Positions 62,301-64,000 of a DNA stretch of 64,000 bases are shown here, in pieces; positions within the stretch are counted from its first letter, which is position 1; each line of letters starts with the position of its first letter. The stretch spans positions 8,606 to 72,605 of the forward strand of contig JBLJBB010000048.1 in NCBI GenBank assembly GCA_047638115.1. The letters are read 5' to 3'. Origin of the DNA: Bacteroidales bacterium. Lineage in GTDB: Bacteria > Bacteroidota > Bacteroidia > Bacteroidales > WCHB1-69. The position numbers and the translations under genes are program-made. A model generated the notes under the pieces. That model was not told the DNA's origin and searched no databases. It saw only the letters and a list, made by a program, of their open reading frames with translations.

Positions 62301-64000
62301 TGCTTTCACTTTAACATCAGCTACATTAAATTGGGCTTATCCAACAACTTCTTTGCCAACTAATTACACTGTAAATTTCAGATTGGTAGGTGATACAACT
62401 TGGACTGTAAGAGCAAATGTTGCAAGACCTTATAACCTAACTGGCTTAACCAAAAACAATGTTTACGAATATAGAGTAAAAGCAAATTGTTCAGGTGGTG
62501 GTAGTGATTGGTCTCAAACCTTTACTTTCCGCACACAATATCAAGTGCCATATTATCAAGGATTTAATGCTCCAACTTTACCTTTTGCATGGACAAATAT
62601 TAAAACCGCTGGAACATCAACACCAGGTATTTTTGATTTTGTTACAACAGGATCTTCTCCAACATGTACTCCACAAGCGGGAACACACATGGCAAGATTT
62701 AATGCTTTTAACATATATTCTGGTGGTGTTGCAGAATTAACAACTCCTCAAATTTTAGGGATGGCAGCAGGATCACTTATTAAATTCTGGATGTATAGAG
62801 ATGATGGTTATTTGACAAATGCAGAAAATATTACTGTAATTTTGAAAGACTCAATCAACTCTGTAAATCCAACTCAAATACTTACAGTTAATAGAAGTAA
62901 AGATTTAACTCCAACTGTAACTGCTAATGGATGGTATCAATATATTGCCAGAGTTCCTGCTGCTGGTTTTAACTATGTTGTATTCCAAGGAACTAGTTTC
63001 TATGGAAACAATATTTTCTTTGATGAAATTGAAATTACAGCTCCTGTTTTAATTCCTGTTACCATTACTAACGGACCTAATGGAACATCAACTCCTACAG
63101 GCCTTCAAAATATATTAAATGGAACAACACGTTTAATTAACTTTACACCTTCTGTAGGATATAGAGTTGCTTCAATTACAATTAATGGAACAGAGGTACA
63201 AGGTTCAGATTTAACAAATTCAAGACCTTTTGCTTATACATTAAATGTTGGTTTAGATACTCTTGCAGTTCATGCAACTTATGAAAAAATTCCTTATACA
63301 ATTACACCTTCTATCACAAACTTCCATGGTGCTAACTATTTAGATAATGGTAATATGCCTGGAACAATCACTCCTAATACTCCTACAATTGTACTTCATG
63401 GTGAGTCAACTACATTTACCATCAACGTAAATCAAAACTTCCATTTATACAAACTAATGGTTGATGGGGTTAGTGCACCATTCGTAACTACTGGAAACAA
63501 TACTTTTACATATACATTTAACAATGTAACTGCAAACCATACTATTGAAGCCATTGTTAAAATTGACACTGTTGCTATCGTTTATAATGTAATTGGCGGT
63601 GCTGGCGTTCTTGATGGTGTTACCGTTACTGGACCTACAACACATTCAACTTATGTTAATTATGGTGATGACTTTTTAGCAACTATGCCAGCTGCTCCAG
63701 GTTATGAAAACGTATCTACAACCGTTAATGGATTATTCTTAGGTGCTGCTACTCAGTATCAATTCTACAACATTACAACTCCTCAAAATGTTAATGTAGT
63801 TTATGCTCCAAAAACAATTACTATAGCTACTCAAGCATATGGTAATGGTACAATAACACCTGGTACAACTTTCAGTTATACTCCAACATATACTTATAAT
63901 TATACTGTAGTTCCAACCATTGGAAATTATATCTCAGCTATTCTTGTTAATGAAGTTCCTGTTGTTGTTGCAAACCCATTGAACTTTACTGGTCAATTAA
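59353..64000 (+). CDS. Giant secreted multidomain surface/adhesin-like protein, 5' part (open to the window end)
   Basis: ATG at 59353 opens MKKIDFFKRAFLSLMLVFAMVCTTFGQ. I translated several stretches (61081-61260, 63961-63999) in this frame without stops, and the tracked + ORFs in this span lie in another frame. Visible domains: a chitobiase-C-like unit (STIYYTIDGTTP), two FN3-like units (CQTPSAITVTN..., CYEPINLAVTA...), choice-of-anchor-J-like regions and repeated Ig-like units. Confidence 0.75.
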   Translation, partial: MKKIDFFKRAFLSLMLVFAMVCTTFGQTTIASWNFDGLTALNTINVIPANTGTGTIYLDGTNGSSYWDTTSTNLQLTAFGGSPSSGKALSVANNSANGYSVVMVVPTTGLENINIAFKTRGTSAGFNTHTWGYSTDGITFTDLAGNNTAVTSSTFLVKTVDFSSITTINNLPTVYIRLTVSGATAANGNNRIDSLEITGTIPTVVSNTATPTFTLASGVLYAPAMVTLECATPASTIYYTIDGTTPTITSTVYTTPIDVTSAMTIKAIAAATGFNLSNEASATYTFPIEVANIAAFKAANTATNSTVYKITGDLTFVHRAGRNIFVKDATGGLLIYDFSTPVIANTYNNGDIISGGVFGTYTLYNGLSELIPTQPTAVGTPGTPVQPIAITVTQLLNNYATYESQLVKLSEVTFATGTYGTGAAANINIYQGVDSTVCRNHFGTLTGVVTPTIPQDVVGFAITFNTTRQVAPRDAADIVQHRYAPTIVTNPIADFGAQNQPLSSVVLLEGSAAYLGTPVPGTFAWTTPSTMITATGTQNFSVTFTPSDTVSYLPVMFDLPVTVLTACTSQAPWIYGFEDGTNGSTLSGCFSQAYVSGSRNWTYNSSNTSYNRTPRTGSFNATLQYGCNTWLFRQFYLPEGTYSFSMFARQDYESTSHSNITVKLGTANTTAAMDAGTIIVPETGITWGDYQNLTGSITITTAGIYSVGIKGYMNYSPYYISIDDISILPIGGVGCQTPSAITVTNVGTTTADVAWTPAGTETAWILKYKEISATSWTVINATTPSYSLTGLNPSATYEVSVKASCGASQYSGYISSTFVTKCNPLVVLPYVEDFEAVAVNGFPYCFEKITTGNAYVKVVQMTGTKGIEMSTGGVETSMLILPSTQAYVNTLRLKFKYNGGANHKFKFGYITNINDASTFVQLKQDSLTVNDWYYYDLFTSNTLTGTERMAIVFDMGSGFSARLDSVTLMSQPACYEPINLAVTAFTLTSATLNWAYPTTSLPTNYTVNFRLVGDTTWTVRANVARPYNLTGLTKNNVYEYRVKANCSGGGSDWSQTFTFRTQYQVPYYQGFNAPTLPFAWTNIKTAGTSTPGIFDFVTTGSSPTCTPQAGTHMARFNAFNIYSGGVAELTTPQILGMAAGSLIKFWMYRDDGYLTNAENITVILKDSINSVNPTQILTVNRSKDLTPTVTANGWYQYIARVPAAGFNYVVFQGTSFYGNNIFFDEIEITAPVLIPVTITNGPNGTSTPTGLQNILNGTTRLINFTPSVGYRVASITINGTEVQGSDLTNSRPFAYTLNVGLDTLAVHATYEKIPYTITPSITNFHGANYLDNGNMPGTITPNTPTIVLHGESTTFTINVNQNFHLYKLMVDGVSAPFVTTGNNTFTYTFNNVTANHTIEAIVKIDTVAIVYNVIGGAGVLDGVTVTGPTTHSTYVNYGDDFLATMPAAPGYENVSTTVNGLFLGAATQYQFYNITTPQNVNVVYAPKTITIATQAYGNGTITPGTTFSYTPTYTYNYTVVPTIGNYISAILVNEVPVVVANPLNFTGQL

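Overview
AT-rich Bacteroidota window, Flavobacteriia-like. Evidence for the lineage: gld-type gliding genes, four proteins with T9SS C-terminal sorting domains, and TAnnTTTG -7 promoter boxes. Hand-counted background lines are about 25-30% G+C.

Positions 1-33.3 kb and 53.2-59 kb are ordinary core genome. They carry an EF-G paralogue, ssb, gldB/gldD-like genes, an H+/Na+ pyrophosphatase, rpiB, ybeY, mnmG, folB, typA, ftsX, lspA, tRNA-Arg(CCG), yidD, era, queD, mutS, an MltF-like gene and dprA.

Positions 33.3-53.2 kb are a mosaic accessory region with no integrase or transposase. It has three parts:
(i) A ~5.5 kb segment flanked by a perfect 195-bp direct repeat made from an internally deleted alpha/beta-hydrolase pseudogene. 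It carries a two-component system, a PepSY-like lipoprotein, a YgiW/BOF protein and a 481-aa acidic unknown.
(ii) A strongly G+C-rich UPF0597/YhaM-like gene.
(iii) An ~11.7 kb Type I R-M island: half-hsdS, hsdM, dinD-like, hsdS, then cargo, then hsdR and a DUF45 peptidase. The cargo is a very AT-rich two-gene SMODS-type nucleotidyltransferase plus SLATT-like 2TM cassette (CBASS-like/Hailong-like logic) and an AlbA_2/HATPase_c_4 protein.

The segment boundaries are marked by a family of G+C-rich interspersed elements (GGGCGT...CCCTAACGC) with adjoining arrays of about four heptamers. Two inverted pairs of these elements bracket accessory DNA. Phased direct repeats lie upstream of hsdR.

From 59353 a giant secreted adhesin-like ORF runs off the right edge; it is absent from the ORF track.

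All functional calls come from motif recognition by eye; no searches were run.
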